DNA of 63,569 bases, filler included, from Actinomycetota bacterium (GTDB lineage: Bacteria > Actinomycetota > CADDZG01 > JAHWKV01 > JAOPZY01): assembly GCA_025963875.1 (NCBI GenBank). It is 5 parts of 5 records of this genome, joined end to end, with 100 filler letters (N's around TTAATTAATTAA, not from the genome) between each part and the next. Parts side by side here need not be neighbours in the genome. Positions count along the whole stretch, not along the records: positions 1 to 30,733 come from JAOPZY010000251.1; 4 more parts are not named here. The stretch is one strand, 5' to 3'. The notes under the pieces were generated by a model that was not told the origin of the DNA, did no database searches, and saw nothing but the letters and a program-made list of their open reading frames with translations. Below, one piece after another: positions 8,843 through 18,605 of the stretch. A program made the position numbers and the translations under genes. Every line of letters starts with the position of its first letter. Positions within the stretch are counted from its first letter, which is position 1.

Positions 8843-9655
8843 TTACCGGTCGTTGAGGCTGAGCACCGGCGACGGTGGCGGGATCGCGTGGCCCCCTTCG
8901 GACGGGATGACGGCCGTGCCCACCGCGAAGAACTCGATGATGTGCGATCCCCAGCCGTGGCTCTTCTCCTGAAGCTGGACCCCGACGATGCCCTGCGCCT
9001 GGAGGTCCTCGGCCTCCTTCTGCATCCGCTCCATCGCGAGCTCCCTGGCCTCGTAGAGGGCCTGGGTGAAGTTCGGCATCTCGACGTTGCGGCCGGCCTG
9101 CTTCATCGCCTGGAGCATCCCCTGGTGGGCGACGTGGTAGACGCAGCTCCCCATCACCATGCCCACCGGGCGGTACCCGGTGTTGAGCAGCGTCCAGAAG
9201 TCCTGGCCCGAGAGGTCGCTGGTGAACGGCCGCCCGTTCGGCGCCCGGTGCAGGACCCCCTCCCGGTGCTTGACCGCCGTGCCGATGGCGATGAACTCGG
9301 CGAGGTTCTCGCCCCACTCGTAGCGGCCGATGTCGAGGCGGACGCCGACGATCCCGTCGGCCCCGAGTTGGTCGGCCTCCTCCTCCATCCGGGTCATCGC
9401 CAGCTCCCGGGCCCCGTACATGGCCTGGGACAGGACCCCCATCTCCTGGCTCTGCTTCCAGCCGGCGATCTGGATGCCGATGTGGTAGATGGAGCTGCCG
9501 ACGACGAGACCGAGCGGGTCGAAGCCTGCGTGGCGGACGAGCAGGAACTCGTTGACCGACAGATCGCTCGTGAAGAGGCCCCGGCGCATCTGCTCGATCC
9601 GTTCGCGGGCCTGGACGGGGACGCCTTCCATAGACGTGGGGTCGTAGGTGCTCAT
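8843..9655 (-). CDS. YbjQ/UPF0145 (putative heavy-metal-binding) tandem-domain protein B
   Basis: two repeats of FTSDLS...ARELAMxRM...GIVGV...GTAV; ATGA overlap with upstream paralog. Confidence 0.88.
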   Translation of the reverse strand: MSTYDPTSMEGVPVQARERIEQMRRGLFTSDLSVNEFLLVRHAGFDPLGLVVGSSIYHIGIQIAGWKQSQEMGVLSQAMYGARELAMTRMEEEADQLGADGIVGVRLDIGRYEWGENLAEFIAIGTAVKHREGVLHRAPNGRPFTSDLSGQDFWTLLNTGYRPVGMVMGSCVYHVAHQGMLQAMKQAGRNVEMPNFTQALYEARELAMERMQKEAEDLQAQGIVGVQLQEKSHGWGSHIIEFFAVGTAVIPSEGGHAIPPPSPVLSLNDR

Positions 9656-10623
9656 AGGGCTCCTCTGAGGTCGAGAGTCGTGCGGACGTCGAGATCGCGG
9701 CCGGGATCGGGCACCTCCACAATGGCGGTCCCGAGCACGTGCAGCGTGACGATCAGGTCGATGCGCTTCGTGTCGTTGCCGGTGTCGACCTCCCGGCGGC
9801 CGATCGACTGGTCGATGGACACCCCGACGATGCCGTGCGCCCCCAGGGTCTGTGCCTGGGCGCTGAGATGCCCGAACGCCACCTCGCGGGCAGAGTAGAC
9901 AGCCTGGGTGAAGTCGGGCAGCTCCTGGTTGGACCGCCCGGACAGCCAGCTCGTCGTGAGCCGTTGGGTCGACCACTGCGGCACGACGTAGAAGATGGTC
10001 GTCGCACCCACGACGCCGACCGGGCGGTAGCCCGCCTGGAGCAGCTTCCAGAGGTCCTGGCCGGACAGGTCGGTGAGCACCGGTGGATCGGTGCGCTCCG
10101 CATGTGCGGTCCGCACGGCGGTGCCCATGGCGACCATCTCGACGGAGTTGGGGGCGAAGTCGTGGGCGCCCCACTTGATGTGGACACCGACAACGGCGTC
10201 CGCCCCGGCCAGGCGGGCCTCCTGTTGGAGCCGGGAGAGGGCAAGGCTGCGTGCGCTGTTCCAGGCCTGTGACAGCACGCCAAGCTCGGAGGCGCCGCGA
10301 CCCATGCCGAAGAACGAGCCCGGCATCCCCTGCCATCCGACGTGGTAGACGGAGCTGCCCATCACCTGCGAGACGGGCTGGAGGCCGGTGCGGGCGACGA
10401 GGGCGAACTCGTTGATCGACAGGTCCGACGTGAAAAGGGTCTGATCGCCTTCATATCCGGCGCCTTGAGGGGCGCCTCGGGCGCGCAGCTCGGCGAGACG
10501 CTGCTCCGCCTTGGGCGGGATGCCACCCCGCTCCAGGGCCGCAAGGGCCGCATGGAGATCCGCCGCTGCTGTCGCAGGATCCTGTTGCGTGCCGTCGGGG
10601 CCTCGGCGGTGAATGAACGGCAT
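9652..10623 (-). CDS. YbjQ/UPF0145 tandem-domain protein A
   Basis: LFTSDLSINEF, ARSLALSRL, ADAVVGV, GTAV, with a second repeat; paralog of the downstream gene. Confidence 0.85.
   Translation of the reverse strand: MPFIHRRGPDGTQQDPATAAADLHAALAALERGGIPPKAEQRLAELRARGAPQGAGYEGDQTLFTSDLSINEFALVARTGLQPVSQVMGSSVYHVGWQGMPGSFFGMGRGASELGVLSQAWNSARSLALSRLQQEARLAGADAVVGVHIKWGAHDFAPNSVEMVAMGTAVRTAHAERTDPPVLTDLSGQDLWKLLQAGYRPVGVVGATTIFYVVPQWSTQRLTTSWLSGRSNQELPDFTQAVYSAREVAFGHLSAQAQTLGAHGIVGVSIDQSIGRREVDTGNDTKRIDLIVTLHVLGTAIVEVPDPGRDLDVRTTLDLRGAL
10455..10479 (+). repeat. 25-bp hairpin repeat, family A copy 1 (in-frame inside YbjQ protein A)
   Basis: ATCCGGCGCCTTGAGGGGCGCCTCG exact. Confidence 0.92.
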
Positions 10624-10635
10624 GCCTGGCCCTCC

Positions 10636-11025
10636 CTACGTCAGCAGCCGCTCGAGGGCGAGGCGGGCCTGCTCGCTGGTCGCAGCCTCGGCGGACAGGT
10701 CACGGGCCAGCCCCTGGATCCATTCGGCGAGCGGGAGGTGCTCGTTCTTCAAGACGATGCCCCGCACCGCCTTTGCCCGGGCCGTCTCGACGGCGCCGGC
10801 GCCGTCGGACTGCAGCGTGTAGCGCCAGTCGCCCACCGAGACGGACAGGTTGCGGACCACCTTGTCGTGGGAGAAGAGATTCTTCGCCCGCCGCTCGACC
10901 TCGCAATGTCCGGGGAGGGCGCCCATAAGTTTGGCCGCGAGGGCCTCGACGAAGGCCGGCAGGTCGGCTGAGTCTGCCCGGAGGCTTGCGGCGACCATCT
11001 CGAAATCCTCAGGCTCGGTGCCCAT
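10636..11025 (-). CDS. hypothetical protein (129 aa), first gene of the YbjQ cluster
   Basis: clean ORF with coding bias, 15 bp after aceE and 12 bp before YbjQ A. Confidence 0.8.
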   Translation of the reverse strand: MGTEPEDFEMVAASLRADSADLPAFVEALAAKLMGALPGHCEVERRAKNLFSHDKVVRNLSVSVGDWRYTLQSDGAGAVETARAKAVRGIVLKNEHLPLAEWIQGLARDLSAEAATSEQARLALERLLT

Positions 11026-11040
11026 CGGAATGCGCCGAGG

Positions 11041-13737
11041 CTACAGGGTGACGGGGTTGGGCCGGTCGGGGTCGATGCCGTAGCGATCGATCGCCTCGGC
11101 CACCGCCTCGGGCTTGACGTCGCCGGACGCGGCCAGCGCCGACAGCGTCGCCACGACGATGTGCCCGGCGTCGATCTCGAAGTGCCGGCGCAGGTTCGCC
11201 CGGGTGTCGCTGCGCCCGTACCCGTCCGTGCCGAGGACGGAGTAGGGGGCCGGCACGAAGCGGCCGATCAGGTCCGGGACCGCCTTCACCCAGTCGCTCG
11301 CCGCGATGACCGGCCCCTCGGCCCCCTCGAGGGCCCGGGTGACAAAAGGCACCCGCGGCGGCTCGGTCGGGTGCAGGCGGTTCCAGCGCTCGGCGTCCAG
11401 CCCGTCCTCCCGGAGCAGCTTGTAGCTCGTGACGCTCCAGACGTCGGCGGCGACGTCGTGGTCCGCGGCCAGCAGCTCCTGGGCCTTGAGCACCTGGGTC
11501 GGAAGGATCGATCCCGACCCGAGGAGCTGCGCCCGGTGGGTGCGTTCCCCGGCGGCAGGCTTCACCAGGTACATCCCGGCCAGGATCCCTTCGTCGCAGC
11601 CCTCGGGCTTGGGCGGCATGACGTAGTTCTCGTTGTAAAGGGTCAGGTAGTAGAAGACATCTTCTGCATCGCCGATCATGCGGCGCAGCCCGTCCTTCAC
11701 GATCGCCGCCGTCTCGTAGGCGAAGGCGGGGTCGTAGGACCGGCAGTTGGGCACCGGGGCGGCCAGCAGGTGGGAGTGGCCGTCCTCGTGCTGGAGACCC
11801 TCCCCGTTGAGCGTCGTGCGGCCGGCCGTGCAGCCGAGCAGGAACCCCCGCCCGCGGGCGTCGCCGAAGGCCCAGATCAGATCGCCGACCCGCTGGAAGC
11901 CGAACATCGAATAGAAGAGGAAGAAGGGCACCATGTGGACGCCGTGGGTGGCGTAGGCGGTGCCGGCGGCGGTGGTGGATGCCATGGAACCGGCCTCGGT
12001 GATCCCCTCCTCGAGGATCTGGCCGCTGCGGGCCTCGGTGTAGGAGAGCAGCATGTTGGCGTCGACCGGCTCGTAGCGCTGACCCATCGGTGAGTAGATC
12101 TTGAAGTCCTTGAACAGCGACTCCATGCCGAACGTGCGGCCCTCGTCGGGGATGATCGGGACGACGTGGGGGCCGAGCTCGCGGTCCCGCATCAGGTCGC
12201 GCAGCAGACGCACGAACGCCATCGTCGTCGAGACCTCCTGGCCACGGTCGACGGTGCCGGAGTCGAAGGAGTCGTAGATCTTGCGGTCGGGCAGGGTGAC
12301 CATCTTCGGCCGCACCCGCCGCTCGGGCACGAAGCCCCCGAGGGCACGGCGCTGGTCCCGCAGGTACTGGATCTCGTCGGAGTGCTCCCCCGGGTGGTAG
12401 AAGGGCAACTCCTCCCCGGAGATCTTCTTGGCCGGGATCTGGACCTGGAGGCGCTCGGCGAAGCTACGCAGCTCCTGCTCGGTCATCTTCTTGATCTGGT
12501 GGGTGGCGTTGCGGGCCTCGAACTCCGGGCCGAGGGCCCAGCCCTTGACGGTCTTGGCGAGGATCACCGTCGGGGCGTCCCGCACCTCGGTGGCCACCTT
12601 GTAGGCCGCGTAGACCTTGCGGTAGTCGTGGCCCCCCCGGCGCAGCCGCCAGAGCTGGTCGTCGGTGAGGTGGGCAACCATCTGCTTCAGGCGGGGGTCG
12701 GGGCCGAAGAACCGCTCCCGGATGGAGGCACCCGAGGACTCGACCGAGTAGGCCTGGAACTCGCCGTCGAGGGTGGTGTTCATCTTGTTGACGAGGGCGC
12801 CCTCGGCGTCGCGGGCCAGCAGGTCGTCCCACTCCCGGCCCCAGATGACCTTGATGACCTGCCACCCGGCGCCCCGGAAGAGCGCCTCGAGCTCCTGGAT
12901 GATCTTGCCGTTGCCGCGGACCGGCCCGTCCAGGCGCTGCAGGTTGCAGTTGACGACGAACGTCAGGTTCTCGAGGCCCTCGTGGGCAGCGAGGTGCAGC
13001 GCCCCGACGCTCTCGGGCTCGTCCATCTCGCCGTCCCCGAGGAAGGCCCACACCCGCTGCTCGGAGGTGTCCTTCATGCCCCGGTGCAGCAGGTAGCGGT
13101 TGAAGCGGGCCTGGTAGATGGCGTTGATGCCGGTGAGGCCCATCGACACCGTCGGGAACTCCCAGAACGCCGGCATGAGGCGAGGGTGCGGGTAGGAGGA
13201 GAGGCCCCCGGGCTCGAGCGCCTCGCGCCGGAAGTGATCGAGCTGGTCCTCGGAGATCCGGCCCTCCAGGTACGCCCGGGCGTAGATGCCGGGGGCGGCA
13301 TGGCCCTGGAAGAAGACCTGGTCACCGCCGCCGGGATGGTCCTTGCCGCGGAAGAAGTGGTTGAAACCGACCTCGTAGAGGCCCGCCGCCGAGGCGTACG
13401 TGGCGAGGTGGCCGCCGATGCCGATGTGGAGGTTGTTGGCCCGGGAGACCATGACCGCCGCATTCCAGCGGATGATGCGGCGGATCTGCAGCTCGAGGCG
13501 CTCGTTGCCTGGGAAGTAGGGCTCCTGCTCCGGCGGGATGGTGTTGATGTAGTCGGTCTGCAGGAGCGACGGCAGGCCGATCTGGCGCTGGCGGGCGAGG
13601 TGAAGGATGCGGGTGAGGAGGTACCGGGCACGCTGGCGGCCCTGGTTTTCGAGGACGTCGTTGATGGCGGACAGCCACTCCGCCGTCTCGTCGGGGTACG
13701 GGTCCGGGAGCTGGTCCCGGAACATCTCATAGACCAT
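11041..13737 (-). CDS. aceE: pyruvate dehydrogenase E1, homodimeric type
   Basis: GGHLATYAS, SSYPHP, GDGEMDEPES, NCNLQRLDGPV, GEGLQHEDGH; strong GGAGGAG RBS. Confidence 0.97.
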   Translation of the reverse strand: MVYEMFRDQLPDPYPDETAEWLSAINDVLENQGRQRARYLLTRILHLARQRQIGLPSLLQTDYINTIPPEQEPYFPGNERLELQIRRIIRWNAAVMVSRANNLHIGIGGHLATYASAAGLYEVGFNHFFRGKDHPGGGDQVFFQGHAAPGIYARAYLEGRISEDQLDHFRREALEPGGLSSYPHPRLMPAFWEFPTVSMGLTGINAIYQARFNRYLLHRGMKDTSEQRVWAFLGDGEMDEPESVGALHLAAHEGLENLTFVVNCNLQRLDGPVRGNGKIIQELEALFRGAGWQVIKVIWGREWDDLLARDAEGALVNKMNTTLDGEFQAYSVESSGASIRERFFGPDPRLKQMVAHLTDDQLWRLRRGGHDYRKVYAAYKVATEVRDAPTVILAKTVKGWALGPEFEARNATHQIKKMTEQELRSFAERLQVQIPAKKISGEELPFYHPGEHSDEIQYLRDQRRALGGFVPERRVRPKMVTLPDRKIYDSFDSGTVDRGQEVSTTMAFVRLLRDLMRDRELGPHVVPIIPDEGRTFGMESLFKDFKIYSPMGQRYEPVDANMLLSYTEARSGQILEEGITEAGSMASTTAAGTAYATHGVHMVPFFLFYSMFGFQRVGDLIWAFGDARGRGFLLGCTAGRTTLNGEGLQHEDGHSHLLAAPVPNCRSYDPAFAYETAAIVKDGLRRMIGDAEDVFYYLTLYNENYVMPPKPEGCDEGILAGMYLVKPAAGERTHRAQLLGSGSILPTQVLKAQELLAADHDVAADVWSVTSYKLLREDGLDAERWNRLHPTEPPRVPFVTRALEGAEGPVIAASDWVKAVPDLIGRFVPAPYSVLGTDGYGRSDTRANLRRHFEIDAGHIVVATLSALAASGDVKPEAVAEAIDRYGIDPDRPNPVTL

Positions 13738-13757
13738 GGGTGTTCTCCCTCTCCTCC

Positions 13758-13780
13758 ATCCGGCGCTTGAGGGCGCCTGG
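13758..13780 (+). repeat. family A variant copy (one stem pair shorter) just upstream of the aceE RBS
   Basis: ATCCGGCGCTTGAGGGCGCCTGG. Confidence 0.75.
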
Positions 13781-13826
13781 GGGCTGGGAAGGGGCCGGAT
13801 CCCTCCCACCATTAATCTACAGCCCA

Positions 13827-14420
13827 GTGAATACTTCCGACCGGTGCCCGTGGGCCGCCGACCCTCCCGAGTACCGCCGCTACCACGACGAAGAATGGGG
13901 CCGGCCGGTTACCGACGACGGCTCCATCTTCGAGAAGCTCTGCCTCGAGGGGTTCCAGGCCGGGCTGTCGTGGCTGACGATCCTGCGCAAGCGGGAGGCC
14001 TTCCGGGCTGCGTTCGCAGGGTTCGACGCCGCGGCAGTGGCCGGGTTCGGGCCGGACGACGTGGCGAGGCTGCTGGCCGACGCCGGCATCGTCCGCAACC
14101 GGGCGAAGATCGAGGCCACGATCGCCAACGCCAGGGCGACGCTGGCCCTGGGGGACACCGGGGAATCGCTGGCTGCGCTCGTGTGGTCCTTCGAGCCACC
14201 GGCCGGCCCGGCGCCGACCGGCCTCGGCGACATCCCGCCTTCGACGCCGGCGTCGAAGGCGCTCAGCAAGGAACTCCTCCGCCGGGGGTTCCGCTTCGTC
14301 GGCCCGACGACGGTCTACGCCGCCATGCAGTCGCTCGGGATCGTCAACGACCACGTCGCCTGGTGCTTCGCCCGGGCGGAGTGCGAGGCGGAGCGGGCGG
14401 CCCTCCGGCGACCTGGTTAG
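13827..14420 (+). CDS. tag: DNA-3-methyladenine glycosylase I
   Basis: RCPW, YHDEEWG, FQAGLSW, IVRNRAKI, FVGPTT, NDH..C. Confidence 0.96.
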   Translation: MNTSDRCPWAADPPEYRRYHDEEWGRPVTDDGSIFEKLCLEGFQAGLSWLTILRKREAFRAAFAGFDAAAVAGFGPDDVARLLADAGIVRNRAKIEATIANARATLALGDTGESLAALVWSFEPPAGPAPTGLGDIPPSTPASKALSKELLRRGFRFVGPTTVYAAMQSLGIVNDHVAWCFARAECEAERAALRRPG

Positions 14421-15844
14421 GCGCCGTGGAGCTGCTTGCCCGCCAGGTGGAGCATCGTCTCGCCGACGGCCTCGGACAGCGTGGGGTGCGGATGCAGGAG
14501 GGCGGCCACCTCGGCCGGGTAGGCCTCCCAGTTGAAGATGAGCTGCGCCTCGGCCACGAGCTCGGTGACCCGGGGCCCGATCATGTGGACGCCCAGCACC
14601 TTGCCGCCCTTCTCGGCGATGGACTTCACGAAGCCGTGCGGCTCGCCGAGGATCGAGGCCTTGCCGGAGGCTGCCCACTGGTAGCGGGCGACCTCGACGT
14701 CGTAGCCGGCCTCTCTGGCCTGGGCCTCCGTGTAGCCCACCGATGCGATCTCGGGGGTGGTGTACGTGCAGCGCGGGACGCCGAGGTAGTCGACGAGGGC
14801 CGGGTCGGCCGAGCCGGCGATCTGCTCGGCGACGTGGATCCCCTCGGCGAATGCCACGTGGGCCAGCTGCAGGTGCGGGATGGGCAGGCCGAGCGACGGC
14901 TGCGTGATCAGGTCGCCCACCGCCCACACGCCGTCGACGCCGGTGCGGCACCACTCGTCGGTGACGACGAACCCCCGCTCCAGCCGGACGCCCTGCTCCT
15001 CGTACCCGAGGCCCTCGGAAATGGGGCCCCGCCCGGTGGCGACCAGGCACCGCTCGGCCGTGACGACCTCGGTCTTGCCGTCGGCGGTCTCGTAGGTGAC
15101 GGAGGCGCCGTTGCCGGATGCCTCGGCGGCCGTGACCTTCACACCCGTGACGGACTTGATCCCCCGCTTGCGGAACTGGCGGGTGAGCTCGGCCGACACC
15201 TCCTCGTCCTCACCTGGCGCCAGCCTGGGGAGAGCTTCGAGGATGGTGACCTCGACGCCGAAGGAACGGTAGAGGCTGGCGAATTCGAGCCCGACCGCCC
15301 CGGCCCCGATGATGATGGCCGAGGCAGGAAGGTCGCCCAGCGTCAGCGCATGGTCGGAGGTGATGAAGGCCTCGCCGTCGATCTGGATGAAGGGCAGCGA
15401 CCGGGCGTAGGAGCCGCTGGCCAGGACGACAGCCCTCGCCTGGACCGTCTGCTTGCCGCCATCGGGGGTGGTGACCTCGATGGCATCCGGGGCGACGAGC
15501 ACGCCCGACCCGGCGAGGACGGTCACCTTGCGGGCCTTGATGACGCCCTGCAGGCCCCGGTAGAGCTTCGTGACGACGGCGCTCTGGTAGCCGAGGACCT
15601 TGCCCCAGTCAACGGACGGCTCGCCCACCAGCACGCCGAAGTCCCCGGCCGAGCGGATGTGGTCGACGACCTCGGCCGAGTGCAGGAGGGCCTTCGTCGG
15701 GATGCACCCGCGGTGCAGGCAGGTACCGCCCACTTTGTCCCGTTCGACCAAGATCACACTGAGCCCGAGTTGGGCGGCGCGCAGGGCACACGCGTAGCCG
15801 GCGTTGCCCCCGCCAAGGATCGCTACATCCACACCTTCAGCCAT
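14417..15844 (-). CDS. lpdA: dihydrolipoyl dehydrogenase
   Basis: GGTCLHRGCIPTK redox disulfide motif, HPTLSE. Confidence 0.96.
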   Translation of the reverse strand: MAEGVDVAILGGGNAGYACALRAAQLGLSVILVERDKVGGTCLHRGCIPTKALLHSAEVVDHIRSAGDFGVLVGEPSVDWGKVLGYQSAVVTKLYRGLQGVIKARKVTVLAGSGVLVAPDAIEVTTPDGGKQTVQARAVVLASGSYARSLPFIQIDGEAFITSDHALTLGDLPASAIIIGAGAVGLEFASLYRSFGVEVTILEALPRLAPGEDEEVSAELTRQFRKRGIKSVTGVKVTAAEASGNGASVTYETADGKTEVVTAERCLVATGRGPISEGLGYEEQGVRLERGFVVTDEWCRTGVDGVWAVGDLITQPSLGLPIPHLQLAHVAFAEGIHVAEQIAGSADPALVDYLGVPRCTYTTPEIASVGYTEAQAREAGYDVEVARYQWAASGKASILGEPHGFVKSIAEKGGKVLGVHMIGPRVTELVAEAQLIFNWEAYPAEVAALLHPHPTLSEAVGETMLHLAGKQLHGA

Positions 15845-15902
15845 GAAGACAGTTTAATGGAGCGAAGCCGATTCCCGCTCACGTAGAGTCGGGGGCGCAG
15901 CC

Positions 15903-17102
15903 ATGATCGAGACCGACGAACGCCCGACCCCCTCCCGTGCCCGGCCCCGATCCCTGGACCTTGCGTTCGTCGTCGTCGTGTTCTCCCTCGCGGCGATCCC
16001 CCTGCTCCACCTCCGCATCCATCTGCACCGGTTCCCCGTCGACCTGGAGGTGTACCGGGAGGCAGGCCGCTATGCCCTCCACCACCGTGACCCCTACAGC
16101 CCGGGCTTCGGCGACGGCCTCCGGGTCAAACTCCCGTTCACCTATCCGCCGTTCGCGGCCCTCGCCCTCATCCCGCTCGCGCTCGTGCCCAGGACCCCCC
16201 TCCTCCTCGGCTGGACGGCGCTCTCCGTCGGACTCCTGATCGCCCTCGCCATCCTCGCAGTCCGGCCTGCCCTGCTGGCCCGGGGATGGAGCCATCCCGC
16301 CGTGCTCGCCGCGGCAGCCGGGGTCCTCGTGTGGGCGGTGCCCGTGACCCAGACCATCTCGTTCGGCCAGGTCAACCTGATCCTCGTCGCCGCATGCCTG
16401 CTCGACTGCGGCGTGACGCCGATGGTGCCGGCGAAGCGGCGCGGTGTGCTCGTGGGCATCGCCACCGCCATCAAGCTGACGCCCGGCATCTTCATCGTCT
16501 ACTTCGCCGTCACGAGGCAGTGGGCGGCGGCGGCGAGGGCGGCGGCGACGGCCGCCGTGTGCGCGGCCCTGGCCTTCGTCGTGTATCCCGGGCCTTCCCG
16601 CGAGTACTGGCTGCATCTGGTGTTCGACGCCAAGCGCCCGGGAAGCCCGGCCTACTACGGCAACCAGTCGCTCCTGGCGGCCCTGGAGCGGCTGCACGTC
16701 GGGTGGTTGTGGATCCCGCTCGGGCTCGCACTCGGGTGCGTGGGGCTCTGGCGGGCGGCCCGCGCCCACCGTGCCGGCGCCGAGGTCACCGCCGTCGCCC
16801 TGGTCGGGCTCACCGCCCTGGTGGTCTCACCCATCTCGTGGCAGCACCACGGGGTGTGGGTCGTGCTCGCAGCCGGCGCCCTGATCACATGGGCCACCAC
16901 CCTGAGGCGGGCGGCGGTCGCGGCACTCGGGTTCGGCGTGTTCCTCTTCCCACTCGACTTCTGGGGGCAGCGTCTGTACTCGATGGGATGGTCGCCGTGG
17001 ATCACCCTCCCGCTTCGCAACGCCTACGCCTTCGCCTTCATCGGCGTGCTGCTCCTGCTGCCGATCGCCCCCCGGAGGATCCGGAGCATGGCGTGGCGGT
17101 AG
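15903..17102 (+). CDS. glycosyltransferase family 87 (polyprenol-phosphate-mannose-dependent mannosyltransferase-like)
   Basis: DLEVY, PFTYPPFAA, FGQVN, AIKLTP, NQS, SPISWQHH. Confidence 0.92.
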   Translation: MIETDERPTPSRARPRSLDLAFVVVVFSLAAIPLLHLRIHLHRFPVDLEVYREAGRYALHHRDPYSPGFGDGLRVKLPFTYPPFAALALIPLALVPRTPLLLGWTALSVGLLIALAILAVRPALLARGWSHPAVLAAAAGVLVWAVPVTQTISFGQVNLILVAACLLDCGVTPMVPAKRRGVLVGIATAIKLTPGIFIVYFAVTRQWAAAARAAATAAVCAALAFVVYPGPSREYWLHLVFDAKRPGSPAYYGNQSLLAALERLHVGWLWIPLGLALGCVGLWRAARAHRAGAEVTAVALVGLTALVVSPISWQHHGVWVVLAAGALITWATTLRRAAVAALGFGVFLFPLDFWGQRLYSMGWSPWITLPLRNAYAFAFIGVLLLLPIAPRRIRSMAWR

Positions 17103-18310
17103 AGGAAAAGGCGCCCCGCCGATTCCTATCCGGCGCCTTGAGGGGCGCCTCGAACCGCTTCATCCCGGTCCGGCGCCCGCCGACGACCGACATCCTGGTC
17201 GGCCTCGCCGTCTTCGGGCTGGCCGTCGTCCCGCTGCTCTTCCTCAAGTTCCACGGCGGCAAGTTTCCGCTCGACCTCGCGGTCTACCGGGAGGCCGGCC
17301 GGGTCGTCCTGCACGGCGGGGACCCGTACGCCGCGGACTTCGGCCGGCACCTGCGGGTCCCGCTGCCGTTCACCTACCCCCCCTTCGCCGCCCTCGCTTC
17401 GGTGGCGGTGGGGCTGCTGAGCGAGCCCGTCGCCATCGTTGCCTGGACGGCGCTGTCGCTCTCGCTCCTGGTGACGATGGTGTGGCTGGTCATGGGCCGG
17501 TCGATCCGGCAACCCGTCCTGCTCGGCCTTGTCGCCGGGGCCCTCGCCTGGACCGTCCCGCTGAACGAGACGATCTCGTTCGGGCAGGTGAACCTGGTCC
17601 TCGCCATGGCCTGCCTCCTCGACTGCACGTGGACCGGCCGCCACCGCGGTGTGCTCGTCGGCGTCGCCACGGCGATCAAGCTGACGCCGGGGCTCTTCAT
17701 CGCTTACTTCGCCCTCACCCGGCAGTGGGCGGCCGCCGCCCGTGCCGCAGCGACCGCCGCGGTCTGCGAGCTGCTCGCCGCCGCGATCCTGCCCGGCCCG
17801 TCACGGCGGTACTGGTTCCACCTCGTCTTCTCACCGAGCCGGACGGGCGACCCGGGCTACTACACCAACCAGTCGATCTTCGGGACGCTCGCACGGCTGC
17901 ACCTCGCCCAGTGGCTGTGGGTCCTGTGGATTCCCGCTGCGCTCGGCGTCGGCGCCCTCGGCATGTGGCGGGCGGCCCGGGCGCACCGGGACGGACAGGA
18001 GATCGCAGCGGTGGCGCTGGTCGGCCTCACCGGCGTGCTGGTGTCCCCGATCTCCTGGCAGCACCACGCCGTGTGGATCGTCCTCGTCGTGGGCGTCCTG
18101 GCCGCCTGGGCGACCACGGCGCGGCGGGCGGCGGCGACCGTGGCCGTCCTGGGCGTCTTCCTGGTCCCGCTGCCGTGGCTCGGGAGCAGGCTCGTGGCCG
18201 ATGGCGCCGCCCCGCTGCTGGGCGGGCTCCTGGAGAACTCCTACGTGCTCGCCTTCCTCGCACTGCTCGTCGTCCTCCCGCTTGTTGCTGGCGTGGCCGA
18301 TGGCGGGTAG
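17093..18310 (+). CDS. glycosyltransferase family 87, tandem paralog
   Basis: DLAVY, PFTYPPFAA, FGQVN, AIKLTP, SPISWQHH; GTG at 17093 is the only canonical start close upstream of the conserved region. Confidence 0.9.
   Translation: MAVEEKAPRRFLSGALRGASNRFIPVRRPPTTDILVGLAVFGLAVVPLLFLKFHGGKFPLDLAVYREAGRVVLHGGDPYAADFGRHLRVPLPFTYPPFAALASVAVGLLSEPVAIVAWTALSLSLLVTMVWLVMGRSIRQPVLLGLVAGALAWTVPLNETISFGQVNLVLAMACLLDCTWTGRHRGVLVGVATAIKLTPGLFIAYFALTRQWAAAARAAATAAVCELLAAAILPGPSRRYWFHLVFSPSRTGDPGYYTNQSIFGTLARLHLAQWLWVLWIPAALGVGALGMWRAARAHRDGQEIAAVALVGLTGVLVSPISWQHHAVWIVLVVGVLAAWATTARRAAATVAVLGVFLVPLPWLGSRLVADGAAPLLGGLLENSYVLAFLALLVVLPLVAGVADGG
17128..17152 (+). repeat. family A copy (in the N-terminal coding region of the second GT87, read as SGALRGAS)
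   Basis: exact 25-mer. Confidence 0.92.
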
Positions 18311-18321
18311 AAATAAGTGAG

Positions 18322-18600
18322 ATGGATACGGGACCCACGGATGCCGGCGACGACCTCGAGCGCCTCGTGAGCGAGCTCAGGGCCAAGGGCTGGTCGCCCG
18401 GCAAGCTCGAAGGCCTCCGGGACCGTTGGGAGGACATCTGCCACGACCCGATGCGCCGCGGCCGTGGTGGCAAGGGCATCCCCGAGAACGAGCGCCCGGA
18501 GCCGGGTGCCGATCCGGCTCCCGTCCCCCGCCCCGATATCGCCGCCCTGCTGAACAAGGCAGCCACCTGGAAGGCAGAGCCGGGGGCCGAGCAGAACTGA
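18322..18600 (+). CDS. hypothetical protein (92 aa)
   Basis: ORF fills the gap between GT87 and the convergent oxidoreductase; high GC3. Confidence 0.6.
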   Translation: MDTGPTDAGDDLERLVSELRAKGWSPGKLEGLRDRWEDICHDPMRRGRGGKGIPENERPEPGADPAPVPRPDIAALLNKAATWKAEPGAEQN

Positions 18601-18605
18601 CGGGC

